NCBI GenBank assembly: GCA_963797095.1
Contig: CAWCNY010000005.1
Coordinates: forward strand, 160,001 to 224,000
Direction of reading: 5' to 3'
Source: an uncultured Chloroflexia bacterium
Lineage (GTDB): Bacteria > Chloroflexota > Chloroflexia > QHBQ01 > JADMIH01
DNA length: 64,000 nt
Shown here: positions 38,917 through 50,018 of the stretch, in pieces
Position numbering within the stretch: position 1 is the stretch's first letter
Layout: each line of letters begins with the position of its first letter
Notes under the pieces: model-generated
Told to the model about the DNA's origin: nothing
The model's input: the letters and a program-made list of their open reading frames with translations, nothing else
Databases searched by the model: none
Translations under genes and position numbers: made by a program

Positions 38917-39894
38917 CTACTTCGTTTTTTGCCGAGAAGCCGCCACAGGCACAGGGGTTTCCTCGGTCTCGCGCACAAGGTCGAGGTACACCTGCTCAAG
39001 TGATGCGCTGATGGGCCTGACATAGCGGATAGGCGCGCCCGCCCCGACCAATGCTGACAGCAATCGCGGGTTTTGAGTGTCGGGATCGTCCAGGTTCACA
39101 GTGAGAGTATCGCCCTCTGACTTGACACCCTTCGCGAATGGCAGCGATCTTGCGATGCCTTCCCACTTGCCGGCTTCTCCCTCTACCTGTACTAGTGTGC
39201 CCTTGCCCGAGAGGCGCAAGCGCAGGTTAGCGGGAGTATCGAGGCTCAAAAGGTGAGTGCGAAACACGGCTATCAGGTCGCAAAGCGCGTCTGCCTCGGT
39301 GAGATTGTGGGTGGTCAAGAAGATGGTGCGTCCCTCGGCGCGCATGCTCATTATGAACTGGTGGACGGTGAGGGCGGCCTCAGGGTCGAGGCCGGCGGTC
39401 GGCTCGTCGAGAAAGACCACCTCCGGCTCGTGAAGCAATGCCCGCACGAGCGCCAGTTTCTGCCGCATCCCTTTGGAAAAGCCACCAACCTTGTCGTCGC
39501 GGCGCTCCCAGAGATCTAGCATCGTTAGGTAGCGCTCGGCCCGAGAACGGGCACGCTCTTCGGGAACCTCGTACAGCCCGGCGAAGAACACCAGATTCTG
39601 GAGGGCGGTGAGGTCGCCGTATAGGCCGGGCGTCTCGGTGAGGATACCTACCGAACGGCGGATAACTTTGTTTTCTTCTCCCAGGGTGTGCCCGGCAACT
39701 TCAGCGGTGCCGGAAGTTGGGGCGATAAGCCCGGCCAGCATCCTGACTGTAGTGGTCTTGCCCGCGCCATTAGGTCCCAGGAATCCAAATACCTTACCTG
39801 TGGGGATGGCGATGCTGAGGCGGTCTACCGCCACCCGGTCGCCAAAGGCGCGGCTCAATTCGTGGGTCTGGATGGCTGGGGGATTGCTGCTCAA
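38917..39894 (-). CDS. ABC transporter ATP-binding protein
   Basis: GPNGAGKT, FSKGMRQ, FLDEPT, TTH. Confidence 0.96.
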   Translation of the reverse strand: MSSNPPAIQTHELSRAFGDRVAVDRLSIAIPTGKVFGFLGPNGAGKTTTVRMLAGLIAPTSGTAEVAGHTLGEENKVIRRSVGILTETPGLYGDLTALQNLVFFAGLYEVPEERARSRAERYLTMLDLWERRDDKVGGFSKGMRQKLALVRALLHEPEVVFLDEPTAGLDPEAALTVHQFIMSMRAEGRTIFLTTHNLTEADALCDLIAVFRTHLLSLDTPANLRLRLSGKGTLVQVEGEAGKWEGIARSLPFAKGVKSEGDTLTVNLDDPDTQNPRLLSALVGAGAPIRYVRPISASLEQVYLDLVRETEETPVPVAASRQKTK

Positions 39895-39900
39895 ATTACA

Positions 39901-41562
39901 TCATAAGGGGATGTTGCCGTGTTTTTTCGGCGGGTTGGAGTCCCTTTTGTTACGGAGCATTTGCAGAGCGCTTATCAGCCTTGGCCTGGTCTGGCGTGGC
40001 TCGATAATGTCGTCGATGAAGCCACGAGCGGCGGGCACATATGGGTTGGCGAACTTTTGCAAATACTCGGCCTCAAGCCGCTTGCGGGTGGCTACCGGGT
40101 CGGGGCTGGCCTCAATCTGGTCTTTGAAGATTATACTTACTGCCCCATCGACGCCCATAACGGCAACTTCGGCGGTGGGCCACGCATAATTGATGTCGCC
40201 GCGCACGTGCTTGGAGTTCATCACGTCGTATGCACCGCCATACGCCTTGCGTGTGATTACGGTGATCTTGGGAACCGTGGCCTCGCAGTAAGCATACAGG
40301 AGCTTGGCACCGTGCCTGATGATGCCACCATGCTCTTGCTTCACTCCTGGGAGGAAACCGGGCACATCCTCGAAGGTTATGATCGGGATATTGAAGCAGT
40401 CGCAGAAGCGGACGAAGCGAGCAGCCTTATCTGCCGAGTTTATGTCGAGCACGCCGGCAAGCACCATCGGTTGTTGGGCCACTATGCCCACCGATTGCCC
40501 GGCCAGGCGTGCGAAGCCTATGATCATGTTGCCCGCGAAATGCTCTTGAATCTCAAGAAACTCGCCGTTGTCCATCACCTTCCTGATCACCGTCTTCATG
40601 TCGTAGCCCTTCGTTGGCTGGTCGGGGATAATGGTGTTCAATTCGTCGTCCATGCGACTGGCGGGGTCGTCGGTCGGCACGAACGGGGGATCATCGAGGT
40701 TGTTTGATGGGATGTAGCTCATGAGTCGGCGGAGCATCATGAGGCACTCTTCTTCGCTGTCGAGGGCGAAATGGGCCACGCCGGACGTGCTGTTGTGGAC
40801 CATCGCGCCGCCAAGCGTCTCGAACGTGACGTCCTCATGCGTGACGGTCTTGACCACGTTTGGCCCGGTGACGAACATATAGGATGTATCTTTGACCATC
40901 AGGATGAAATCGGTCATGGCGGGGGAATAGACCGCGCCACCCGCGCAAGGCCCCATGATAGCCGAGATCTGAGGGACCACTCCCGACGCCAGCACGTTCT
41001 TGAGGAATACATCGGCGTAGCCACCGAGGCTCAGCACACCCTCTTGAATGCGCGCTCCACCCGAATCGTTGAGGCCGATCACAGGCGCGCCGTTCTTCAT
41101 CGCCATATCCATGATCTTGACTATCTTCTCAGCGTGGGCCTCCGAAAGGGAGCCACCGAACACGGTGAAGTCCTGCGAGAAGACGTACACGAGCCTGCCG
41201 TCGATCTTGCCCCAACCGGTGACCACGCCATCGCCCAGCACCATCTGGTCGCCCATGCCGAAGTCGGAGATGCGGTGGGTAACGAACATATCGATCTCCT
41301 CGAACGAGCCTTCGTCCAGCAATAGGTCGACGCGCTCGCGGGCCGTGAGCTTGCCTTTCGCGTGTTGCTGTTGGATGCGCTTTTCACCGCCACCCAAATA
41401 GGCGCGCTCGCGCATTTCCCTAAGAAGAGCGAGATTTTCGGCGGTGCTCAGGCGATGTGGGGTCGATTTCTCAGCGCCATTAGGGACGGAGTTGTTTGTG
41501 CCGGTGGAGTTCGTGATGGACGCGGCGGCGCTATCGGCGTCGCCGGAAGAACCAGAGGACAT
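39901..41562 (-). CDS. Acyl-CoA carboxylase carboxyltransferase beta subunit (PccB-like)
   Basis: [48 protein letters not shown]. Confidence 0.95.
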   Translation of the reverse strand: MSSGSSGDADSAAASITNSTGTNNSVPNGAEKSTPHRLSTAENLALLREMRERAYLGGGEKRIQQQHAKGKLTARERVDLLLDEGSFEEIDMFVTHRISDFGMGDQMVLGDGVVTGWGKIDGRLVYVFSQDFTVFGGSLSEAHAEKIVKIMDMAMKNGAPVIGLNDSGGARIQEGVLSLGGYADVFLKNVLASGVVPQISAIMGPCAGGAVYSPAMTDFILMVKDTSYMFVTGPNVVKTVTHEDVTFETLGGAMVHNSTSGVAHFALDSEEECLMMLRRLMSYIPSNNLDDPPFVPTDDPASRMDDELNTIIPDQPTKGYDMKTVIRKVMDNGEFLEIQEHFAGNMIIGFARLAGQSVGIVAQQPMVLAGVLDINSADKAARFVRFCDCFNIPIITFEDVPGFLPGVKQEHGGIIRHGAKLLYAYCEATVPKITVITRKAYGGAYDVMNSKHVRGDINYAWPTAEVAVMGVDGAVSIIFKDQIEASPDPVATRKRLEAEYLQKFANPYVPAARGFIDDIIEPRQTRPRLISALQMLRNKRDSNPPKKHGNIPL

Positions 41563-41619
41563 AAAGGTGGCTCCTTGTATCTAGTTGCCGGTTCGCTGCG
41601 CCAACTATTATACAACTTG

Positions 41620-42654
41620 TCACTGCGGCCGGCTTGTGGGGTCGTCGGCGGGTAGATCCAGGGCGTGTTTGAAGAAACCATTGACGCGCCGCCTGTATTC
41701 ATCGCTGGCAACCTCCGGAGCTCGCGCATGCTCACAATTGGGCACCATCCATAGCTCCTTAGGCCCTTGAAGGGCGGCATAAATACGGCGTGCCGAGCGT
41801 GGATCGGTGAGCATATCGTCGGCACCGTGAATGACGAATACCGGCCGGTTGCCTAAATGGTGAGCGGATTTCTCGGGGTTTATGTCGGAGGCTTTGACAT
41901 GCATCATGGTTTCGGCAAACCAGACGATCATCGGTGCGAACAAGGTGGCGGGCGAGCCGACGAAAGCGCGGAGTCCGGGCTGGATCATATCGGCCACATT
42001 GGCATAAGAGGAGTCCGAAACAACAGCTTTGATATGGGGGTCGTTCTCGGCAGCGAGGATAGCAGTAGCAGCGCCCATTGATACGCCAAGCGCACCCAGG
42101 CGGTCCGCGTCCACATCGGCGCGCCCGCCAACGTAGCGAACAGCGTCCATCAGATCCCATTTCTCCCGGTAGCCCAGCGTTACAGGGCGACCTCGCCGTA
42201 AGCCGCTCCCCTGCATATCGAACATGAAGGATGCAAAGCCTCCCGCGTGCACAATGGGGGCATAATAGGCCATTTGCTCCTTGTAGCCCGCATACCCGTA
42301 GACAAGCAGGATGGCGGGCCAGGGCTTGGGGGCGGAAGCAGGTCCTGGGACGAACCATCCGCCGATCTTGCCGCCATCGCGAGAGGCGAATTCTACATAT
42401 TCGGGTTTGACACCGGGCAGATCAAGTTCCAGTTGGCCGGGTTGAGGACCAACCGCAGCGGCTGGGCTTGCCGGGTATATTACGCGCCTGGCGGCCCAGT
42501 AGGGGAACCCACCGAACACTAGTCCTGCGATCCCCAGAGTCGCTAGACCGAGCTTGCCGCGCAGTCGCCCACCCAATCGTGGCGGCAAAACACCGCCTGT
42601 TCCTTCGTCCCAGGGTTCAAGGCGCGTGTCGGCCCACCGCACCGAATTTTCCAT
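41620..42654 (-). CDS. Membrane-anchored alpha/beta hydrolase
   Basis: GVSMG nucleophile elbow, IHGADD, C-terminal His (NCEH). Confidence 0.9.
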   Translation of the reverse strand: MENSVRWADTRLEPWDEGTGGVLPPRLGGRLRGKLGLATLGIAGLVFGGFPYWAARRVIYPASPAAAVGPQPGQLELDLPGVKPEYVEFASRDGGKIGGWFVPGPASAPKPWPAILLVYGYAGYKEQMAYYAPIVHAGGFASFMFDMQGSGLRRGRPVTLGYREKWDLMDAVRYVGGRADVDADRLGALGVSMGAATAILAAENDPHIKAVVSDSSYANVADMIQPGLRAFVGSPATLFAPMIVWFAETMMHVKASDINPEKSAHHLGNRPVFVIHGADDMLTDPRSARRIYAALQGPKELWMVPNCEHARAPEVASDEYRRRVNGFFKHALDLPADDPTSRPQ

Positions 42655-42895
42655 ATCTTGACTCCTGATTGTCTTCCTGCAAGCGGCTAATCTGCCTAAT
42701 ACATAGTAGCATATTGCTAAAGCATGTTACAGGCCATTGACGTGTAATTGATCGCGAACAACGATATTCCACGCACATTGACATACAATAGTAAAGGCAG
42801 TACCATAAATGGGATCCCTCCGTAGCTGCGCGGGTTATGCTCGCCAAACAAGATACGCACAATAAATTCACGTACATCAAAGGAAGGTATTAGCT

Positions 42896-43993
42896 ATGCC
42901 CCTGACAAAAGAAGAAATCTTGCGGGCGTTGAGCGTGGTCAAGGACCCCGACCTGGGGCGCGACCTTGTGACCCTGGGCATGATCGAGAATGTGAACATC
43001 AGCCCTGATGGCGACATTGCATTCACGATCGTTCTGACCACCCCGGCCTGCCCGGTTAAAGAACAACTCAAAGAGCAATCTGAGCATGTGGTAAGCGTGC
43101 TGCCGGGCGTGCGCTCGGTGCAAGCTGAGGTAACTTCGCGCGTGCGCGCAGGCACTATGACGCAACGGGAGGGAATCCCCGGCGTACGCAATATCGTGGC
43201 TGTCGGATCGGGCAAGGGAGGCGTTGGCAAGACCACGGTGGCGGTCAATCTCGCTCTCAGCCTGGCGCGGGATGGCGCGAAGGTGGGACTGCTCGACGCC
43301 GATGTGTACGGCCCGAACGTGCCGCTAATGATGGGCGCGTCCGCCAGGCCGACCCAGGGCGCTGACGAGAAGATCAATCCTATTGAGGCTTACGGGATCA
43401 AGTTGATCTCCATGGGGTTCTTTATCGACGCCGATAGCCCGGTGATCTGGCGTGGCCCCATGTTGACCAAGCTGCTCACGCAGTTCATGTACGACGTGAA
43501 CTGGGGAGAGCTTGATTACCTGATAATGGACATGCCGCCCGGCACAGGCGATATTCAGTTGACTACGGCGCAATCGGTGCCGCTGACTGGCGCGGTGATG
43601 GTATCGACTCCACAGGACGTGGCGCTGCTGGACGCCAGCAAGGCGCTGATGATGTTCAAGAAGCTGAACGTTCCTGTGCTTGGTATCGTGGAAAATATGA
43701 GCATGTTCGTCTGCCCGCATTGCAACCAGCCGACCGATCTGTTTGGGCATGGTGGGGCACAGGTCGCCGCCTCCAAATATGCCGTACCCTTCCTGGGAGA
43801 GATACCGTTGCACCTGCGCATCCGCGAAGGTGGGGACAGCGGTCGCCCTGTTGTGGCCGACGCACCCGACACGCCCGAAGCCGAGGCGTTCATGCGTGTT
43901 GCCCGCAATCTGGCCGCCCAGGTGAGCGTGGTGGCCTACAAGCAGCAGGACGCCAAGCGCGGCGCACCGATGGCCTTCTTCAGCAAGAGATGA
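42896..43993 (+). CDS. mrp: Mrp/NBP35 (ApbC) Fe-S cluster carrier ATPase
   Basis: DPDLGRDLV...TTPACP, GKGGVGKT, DADVYGP, WRGPM, DMPPGTGD, CPHC. Confidence 0.95.
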   Translation: MPLTKEEILRALSVVKDPDLGRDLVTLGMIENVNISPDGDIAFTIVLTTPACPVKEQLKEQSEHVVSVLPGVRSVQAEVTSRVRAGTMTQREGIPGVRNIVAVGSGKGGVGKTTVAVNLALSLARDGAKVGLLDADVYGPNVPLMMGASARPTQGADEKINPIEAYGIKLISMGFFIDADSPVIWRGPMLTKLLTQFMYDVNWGELDYLIMDMPPGTGDIQLTTAQSVPLTGAVMVSTPQDVALLDASKALMMFKKLNVPVLGIVENMSMFVCPHCNQPTDLFGHGGAQVAASKYAVPFLGEIPLHLRIREGGDSGRPVVADAPDTPEAEAFMRVARNLAAQVSVVAYKQQDAKRGAPMAFFSKR

Positions 43994-44002
43994 GCACATA
44001 TC

Positions 44003-44123
44003 GCGTACTGCGTACTGCGTACTGCGTACTGCGTATTGCTTATTCAGTTGGAGAGAAAAGGTCCTTTCACCCATGGGGAACACATTTTTGCAGTGCGGAG
44101 TGCGGAGTACGCAGTACGCAATA
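44003..44123. repeat. Inverted heptamer arrays (GCGTACT)x5 and (AGTRCGS)x4
   Basis: 44003-44037 and 44092-44119 are mutually complementary arrays around a ~54-bp spacer. Confidence 0.9.
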
Positions 44124-44124
44124 G

Positions 44125-45393
44125 ATGATGCTTTCCGAAGATACAGCTACCAGCACAAATTCGCCGCTTGAGAGCGATCTTGAGACCAGCCTGGCCCCTC
44201 GTGAGGGGGAAGCGCTGTCGCTGCCGTTCGACCAGTACGGGCGAATGCGGATCGCGCAGAATCTGGCGCACATCCTCTATAGCGAGATCGTAAGACGGGC
44301 GGGGCACGGCGACGAGCGCTATCGCTTGCGTGTGCTGGACGTGGGCGGCTATCCCGGCAATCTGCGCCAGTTCCTGAACTCCGACCATTTTGATTTGACC
44401 GTGCTCGATGTGGTGCCGGACAACGGTACGATTCCAGGATATATTCAAGGCTCCGGCATGGAGCTACCATTCCCGGAGGGCGAGTTCGACCTGGTGTTCT
44501 CGCTCGACACACTTGAGCATATCCCCGGCCACGAGCGTTCGCGATTTCTTTCTGAAATCATGCGCGTGGCGCGGTTGGGAGTGGTGCTGATCAACCCGAT
44601 CCAATCGCTGCAAGCGGACTTAGCCGAGGAGACACTTGACGAGTATGTGCGTTGGCTGCTGGATGCGCAGCAGGAGCAGTTAGCCGAGCATAGAGCATTC
44701 GGATTGCCGGACTTCGCGGCCACCGCCGAAGCGTTCAGCGTGGAGGGGTGGCAGACGCACACCTTTAAGCTGGCGAATGTATACAACTGGCTTTTCATGA
44801 TGATCGCCAAGCACTACCTCCTTTCGATGCGCGACGAGCGGGCGGCGGCGTTTGAGCGAGCGTTGGATAGGTATTACAATCTCACGTTCTTTGAGACCGA
44901 CCGCTCGGAACCTGCGTACAGGGGAGCGGTAGTGGCAGTGCGGCCAGGGTTGGAGCAGGCGCTGAGCCTCATCGAGGAGGCGTATCCGCCGGTCCTTGAG
45001 CAGGAGAGCTCAAACACCACGCGCGTCGCACTTACGGAAGTGCTGATGAACCTGCTCAACCTGAAGGCGGCCAACCACGAGGACAGGCTGCTTCGGGACC
45101 AGATGGAGCGGCGCGACCGCCACATCGCGGGGCTGGAGACGCGAGTGGCGACGCAGGATATACAGATCGAGACGCTGAACGCGCAGGTTGCGAAACTTGA
45201 AGAGCACATACGTATCCTCGAAGCAACATACAAAGAAGAATTCGCCAACCAGGGCGCGTATATCCAACGGCTGGAAGAAGATGTCAAGAGCAAGGATGAA
45301 CATATCTTGTATCTTGAGCGGCTTCTGAAGGGGATAGAAGCGGGGCGGGTGTTCCGCGTGACCCGCACAGTTTCGCGTTTTCTCAAGAAGTAG
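44125..45393 (+). CDS. SAM-dependent methyltransferase with C-terminal coiled coil
   Basis: VLDVGG motif I, LPFPEGEFDLVFSLDTLEHI; heptad-rich C-terminus. Confidence 0.88.
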   Translation: MMLSEDTATSTNSPLESDLETSLAPREGEALSLPFDQYGRMRIAQNLAHILYSEIVRRAGHGDERYRLRVLDVGGYPGNLRQFLNSDHFDLTVLDVVPDNGTIPGYIQGSGMELPFPEGEFDLVFSLDTLEHIPGHERSRFLSEIMRVARLGVVLINPIQSLQADLAEETLDEYVRWLLDAQQEQLAEHRAFGLPDFAATAEAFSVEGWQTHTFKLANVYNWLFMMIAKHYLLSMRDERAAAFERALDRYYNLTFFETDRSEPAYRGAVVAVRPGLEQALSLIEEAYPPVLEQESSNTTRVALTEVLMNLLNLKAANHEDRLLRDQMERRDRHIAGLETRVATQDIQIETLNAQVAKLEEHIRILEATYKEEFANQGAYIQRLEEDVKSKDEHILYLERLLKGIEAGRVFRVTRTVSRFLKK

Positions 45394-45406
45394 CTGCGCA
45401 CCGTAA

Positions 45407-48400
45407 TTGAACAAGAGCACTAATGACCAAACGTTGAGCAATCCTCAATCCCACAATACAAATCCAATAAGTGAATTGCCAGCGGTGAGCGTGGTGGTTC
45501 TCAATTACAACGGGCTGAAGCACCTTGAGCCTTGCTTTTCCTCCCTGCTCGCCCTCGACTACCCGGCTGACCGCCTCGAATTGATGCTTGTGGATAACGC
45601 TTCTCACGATGAATTTGTCAAGTTCATGCGTGAGCGTTTCCCTGGTGTGCGCGTGGTCGAGGCAGAAAAGAACCTGGGGTTCGCTGCGGGGAACGATTAC
45701 GGGGCGGAGCAAGCTACTGGCGAGTATGTGGCGTTTCTCAATAACGATACCAGGGTCGAGCCGGATTGGCTGATCGAGATGGTCAAGGCGGTGCTCGCGG
45801 GGCGCGAGGATGGATTGGTCTGCACATCGTCGCTCATGCTCGACTGGACCGGCACAAAGATCGACTTCAAGACGAGCGGAGTCAATTTCCACGGCTTCGG
45901 GTTTCAGCCTTCGTACGGCAAGCTGTACAAGCCGGAGGAGATAGCCCCGCGCGACATACTCTTTTCTTGCGGCGGTTCCATGCTTATCGACCGCAAGATC
46001 TTCCTTGACATCGGCGGCTTTGACCCCGACTACTTCGCCTTCTTCGAGGATGTTGACCTGGGTTGGCGACTGTGGCTGCTCGGATATCGCGTGACCCTCA
46101 CACCGACGGCGATCACCTACCACCGCCATCACGGGACGGCGGGGAGTATGTCAGGGCACAGGACTTACGTCCTTTACGAGCGCAACGCCCTCTACACAAT
46201 ATACAAGAACTACGAAGAGGCGCACGTCCATACTCTTCTGAGCGCAGCCTTGATGCTGGTCGGCGGGCGCATGGTACGGTTCCTGGAGGCAGGCGGGTCC
46301 GATCTTTCGGACTTTGAGTGGAACAACCCGGAAAGCGATCCCGAACCCGATATGAACGTGCACAGGCAGGCCGTGGCTGGCTTGCTGGCTGTGAACGAGT
46401 TCATGGACAACCTGGGCAAGTTCCGAGAGAGGCGGGCGTGGCTACAGGCGAGGAGAGTGCGCAGCGACAAGGAATTATTCGCGCTGTTCGGGCAGCCCGG
46501 ACGGGTGAACTGGATCAACCACGTATCGGACGCTAAATATGCCACTACCCACTACGATCTGCTGGACCTGTTCGGGATCGGAGCGTTGTGGAGCGACCTC
46601 CCCAAAGAGGTATTGGTGATCAGCCCTGACGTGCTGCCCGTCGGCAATATCCCCGCCAGCGGATCGGGCATCCGCGCATGGGCGCTTGGCAAGGGGCTTG
46701 AAGGTGAGGGGCACCGCATCCACTACACGATGCCTGCTCCCGCCATCAAGGGGCGCGAAGGAAGCGTGCCTCAGGAATATGTGGATGGGGCGTGGACCCC
46801 TTCCAACCTGCAATCGATCATCGATGATCTTGTGCCGGATGTGATCGTGTCGTGCGGTTGGCCCAACCTGACCTGGACGCCACGCCTAAATGTGCCTGTG
46901 GCGGTGGACCTCACAGGCCCGCACCTCTTCGAGCGCGCGTACCAGGGCTACCGCGACACTCAGACCAACTCGAGGGAGAAGTTGGCCGCACTCGCCAAAG
47001 GAGATTATTTCACCTGCATAGGCGAGCGCCAGAAATACTATTTTGAGGCGTGGCTGGTGCAGGCGGGGATACCTGTGGAGCGACTTGGCGAGTTGCTCGC
47101 GGTAATACCTTACTCGGTGGACCCGCAATTGCCCAGGCACGATTGGCCGCAGGATTGGGGCGATACAGAGGTGCAGTTCGTGTACGGGGGAATATTCTTA
47201 CCCTGGCAGAACCCGGCGTCTGCCCTTATGACGGTGGCGCAAACACTCGAGGACCAGGGGCGCGGCGTTTTGGAGGTAATTGGAGGCAAGCACCCATTCT
47301 ACCCCGTGCACACCGGCGAGTATGGACCGCTTATCGAACGTCTTTCAAACTCCAGCCGGGTTCGGATGAGCGGCCTCTTGCCACATGATAAACTGGTCGG
47401 GCGGTATGCGCACGCGCACGTGGCGGTGGACGTGATGATGCCTAACGCCGAGCGTGAACTTGCCTTCCCAAGCCGCACCGTCAACTACTTTTGGTGCGGG
47501 CTACCCGTGATCCACCCTGCTTACAGCGAGGTCGCCGAATACATACGCCGCTACGAGGCGGGGTGGGTCGTCTCTCACAACGACCCGGAGGCGTTGCGGG
47601 AAGTCGTATTGAGTATACTGGCAAATCCTGGGGAAGCACGCCGTCGCGGGGAGAACGCCCAACGCCTTGCATCGGAGGTTTTCGGGTGGGGTAAGACCGG
47701 TGCCCCCCTAGCGAGATTCGTCAGCGGACCAACCATGCGCCATGAGCGGACCGAGACACGCCAGGCAGGAATGGCGGATACAGATGCCGAACAGAAGCAT
47801 CCTGGGCGTAAGCCAGTGCGGGCAAGCGCACCTGAGGGCTTCCTGATCTCGGATAGCTGGGACAAAAAGCTGCCGGAGAAGTTGGAGAGCGTGTACGGCA
47901 AGCGGCGGCGTCTCCCCGCGCAGCTTGGGGCACGGTCGCGCAGCCTGCTCAGGTCGCTGGTACCCGCGTTGACTGGCGATAGGCCAGCCGCCAGCAAGGG
48001 GGAGATGCGCTTCGCACTGCCGGAGCTGGTGGCGGGACACAGCCACGGGCAGCGCTTTTTCTGCCCGCGCAACGGCCTGTCGGGGATCCTGGTCGCACCT
48101 GCTACCTTCGGGCGGGCCAATACCTGCCGCCTGGTGCTCCACATACGCACCAACCCCGGCGCTGCTGCCGACCTGCACTCGGTCAATCTGCCCGCGCACG
48201 AGATCAAAGAAGGGCAACCGCTCGCCTTCCGGTTCCCTCCGCTGCCGGGTTCCGAGGGAAGGTGGTTCTACTTCGCAGCCGATTCGCCGGACGGCGTGCC
48301 GGGGGATGCGATTTCACTCTATGCGGCATCTCACGCTGAGGATATCCAGGCACAGCGCTATGAAGATGGGCTACCGGCCAGCGGCGCGCTGATCATGATC

Positions 48401-48415
48401 CTTGAGTTCAATTGA
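45407..48415 (+). CDS. Multidomain glycosyltransferase (GT2 + GT4-like + C-terminal beta domain)
   Basis: VVVLNYNG, LVDNAS, FLNND, FFEDVDLGWR; second GT-B-like region (FVYGG, YFWCGLPVI); start uncertain. Confidence 0.92.
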   Translation: MNKSTNDQTLSNPQSHNTNPISELPAVSVVVLNYNGLKHLEPCFSSLLALDYPADRLELMLVDNASHDEFVKFMRERFPGVRVVEAEKNLGFAAGNDYGAEQATGEYVAFLNNDTRVEPDWLIEMVKAVLAGREDGLVCTSSLMLDWTGTKIDFKTSGVNFHGFGFQPSYGKLYKPEEIAPRDILFSCGGSMLIDRKIFLDIGGFDPDYFAFFEDVDLGWRLWLLGYRVTLTPTAITYHRHHGTAGSMSGHRTYVLYERNALYTIYKNYEEAHVHTLLSAALMLVGGRMVRFLEAGGSDLSDFEWNNPESDPEPDMNVHRQAVAGLLAVNEFMDNLGKFRERRAWLQARRVRSDKELFALFGQPGRVNWINHVSDAKYATTHYDLLDLFGIGALWSDLPKEVLVISPDVLPVGNIPASGSGIRAWALGKGLEGEGHRIHYTMPAPAIKGREGSVPQEYVDGAWTPSNLQSIIDDLVPDVIVSCGWPNLTWTPRLNVPVAVDLTGPHLFERAYQGYRDTQTNSREKLAALAKGDYFTCIGERQKYYFEAWLVQAGIPVERLGELLAVIPYSVDPQLPRHDWPQDWGDTEVQFVYGGIFLPWQNPASALMTVAQTLEDQGRGVLEVIGGKHPFYPVHTGEYGPLIERLSNSSRVRMSGLLPHDKLVGRYAHAHVAVDVMMPNAERELAFPSRTVNYFWCGLPVIHPAYSEVAEYIRRYEAGWVVSHNDPEALREVVLSILANPGEARRRGENAQRLASEVFGWGKTGAPLARFVSGPTMRHERTETRQAGMADTDAEQKHPGRKPVRASAPEGFLISDSWDKKLPEKLESVYGKRRRLPAQLGARSRSLLRSLVPALTGDRPAASKGEMRFALPELVAGHSHGQRFFCPRNGLSGILVAPATFGRANTCRLVLHIRTNPGAAADLHSVNLPAHEIKEGQPLAFRFPPLPGSEGRWFYFAADSPDGVPGDAISLYAASHAEDIQAQRYEDGLPASGALIMILEFN

Positions 48416-48478
48416 GATCCTTGTTCCTGGTTCGGGTTGTGGACAGTTCGACATATGGAACCTCACAGTAAGGATTAG

Positions 48479-49960
48479 ATGACCGATCTAGACCTGAAAA
48501 CTGATAGCATAGACTCAGTATTGCCAACTGTGGCGGTTGTTATCCCCACGCACAACAACCTGAGCCTGCTGTTGGAGTGCCTGGCATCCGTGCGCGGGCT
48601 GGACTACCCACGCGAACGGCTGGAAGTGATTGTCGTGGACAACGGTTCCACAGACAGAACGCAGGCTGTGCTTGCGAGCAAATATTCTCATATCAAAGCG
48701 GTTAGATTTGACACGAACACCGGATTTGCGCCCGCTTGCAATCGAGGGGCCGAGGAAGCTGAGTCCGAATTGGTGGCCTTCCTCAACAACGATGCCGTGG
48801 TCGATCCTGGCTGGCTTCGTGCCCTCCTGGCGGCACTGGAAGCGGGAGGTGAAGGGACGGTGTGCGCCGCCTCCACCATCCTTTCACGCGAAGGCGACGA
48901 AGTGGAGTTCGATGGCGCGGCCTCGAACCTGTTCGGAGCGGGGAGGCCGCGTTCGGTATGGGGCTGGCCCGATCTCCCGGCTCCTCCGACCACCGGGACG
49001 CCTGTACTTTTCGCATCTGGCGGCGCGATGCTTATCCGGCGGGACATATTCCTGGAGGTCGGGGGCTTCGACCCGGCCTATTTCGCCTATTTTGAGGATG
49101 TGGACCTCGGTTGGAGGTTGTGGGTGCTCGGATACCGGGTGGTTTACGCGCCGGAGGCCGTGGTGCGCCATATAGGCGGGGCTACAGGCAAGCGCACAGG
49201 TGTGCATCGCAGATATACGCTATGGGAGAGCAACGCGCTGGCGACCGTGCTCAAGAATTATGAGGGCGGCAACATGGAGCGCATATTATCGGCGGCTCTC
49301 ATGTTGGAATACAGGCGCGCCCTGCTGGCGGCTGGAGATGCCTTCGATGCGGGCGATTACCATCTGGGCGCACCGCCCGATACCAGCCATTCAAATATCG
49401 AGCGGCTACCAAAAGTGAGCGTGGCACACCTGGCAGGTGTGGCCCGGTTGAATTCCATGCTTCCCCACCTGATGAGCGAACGGAGACGGATCCAGGCGTC
49501 GCGCAAGAGGACTGATGCCGAGATTTTGCCGCTGCTGGGCAGGGCTTTCGAGCCTCAATTCGAGGGGAGCGCCTATGCTGAGGCTGCAAAGGCACTCTTT
49601 TCCGCGCTCGACTTATATGGCATTACCTGGGCTGCCGCGCCAAATCGGGTGCTGCTCGTAGGCATGCAGGACGATCTTCCCGCGTTGGAATCGCTCGCGA
49701 CCAGCCTGAAAGAGCGCTTGCTCGTCGCCATCGCGATTGTAGGCGGAGGGACCTCGGAGAGCGCGCCGATCTCCACGGATGGGTACACGGTGCACAGGCT
49801 GGCTGCAAATAATGAGCGACTGAGCATGCTGGTCCGATATGCTGACGCAATCGTTGCTTCTCCTCGTGGTGGAGAGCTGACTGAGGTTAAGTCGGCACCG
49901 ATTCCGATTGCGATCTGGAGCGCCAATGAAGGTCCGGCGGCAATCGAGCTTGGCATTTAG
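48479..49960 (+). CDS. GT2-family glycosyltransferase, paralog of the upstream gene's N-terminal part
   Basis: VVDNGSTD, FLNND, YFEDVDLGWRLW. Confidence 0.92.
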   Translation: MTDLDLKTDSIDSVLPTVAVVIPTHNNLSLLLECLASVRGLDYPRERLEVIVVDNGSTDRTQAVLASKYSHIKAVRFDTNTGFAPACNRGAEEAESELVAFLNNDAVVDPGWLRALLAALEAGGEGTVCAASTILSREGDEVEFDGAASNLFGAGRPRSVWGWPDLPAPPTTGTPVLFASGGAMLIRRDIFLEVGGFDPAYFAYFEDVDLGWRLWVLGYRVVYAPEAVVRHIGGATGKRTGVHRRYTLWESNALATVLKNYEGGNMERILSAALMLEYRRALLAAGDAFDAGDYHLGAPPDTSHSNIERLPKVSVAHLAGVARLNSMLPHLMSERRRIQASRKRTDAEILPLLGRAFEPQFEGSAYAEAAKALFSALDLYGITWAAAPNRVLLVGMQDDLPALESLATSLKERLLVAIAIVGGGTSESAPISTDGYTVHRLAANNERLSMLVRYADAIVASPRGGELTEVKSAPIPIAIWSANEGPAAIELGI

Positions 49961-50018
49961 TCACCAATTCGCGCTGTGGTATACTCATCGTTGAGCACGT
50001 GCCTGTGAGAGGAGCGAT

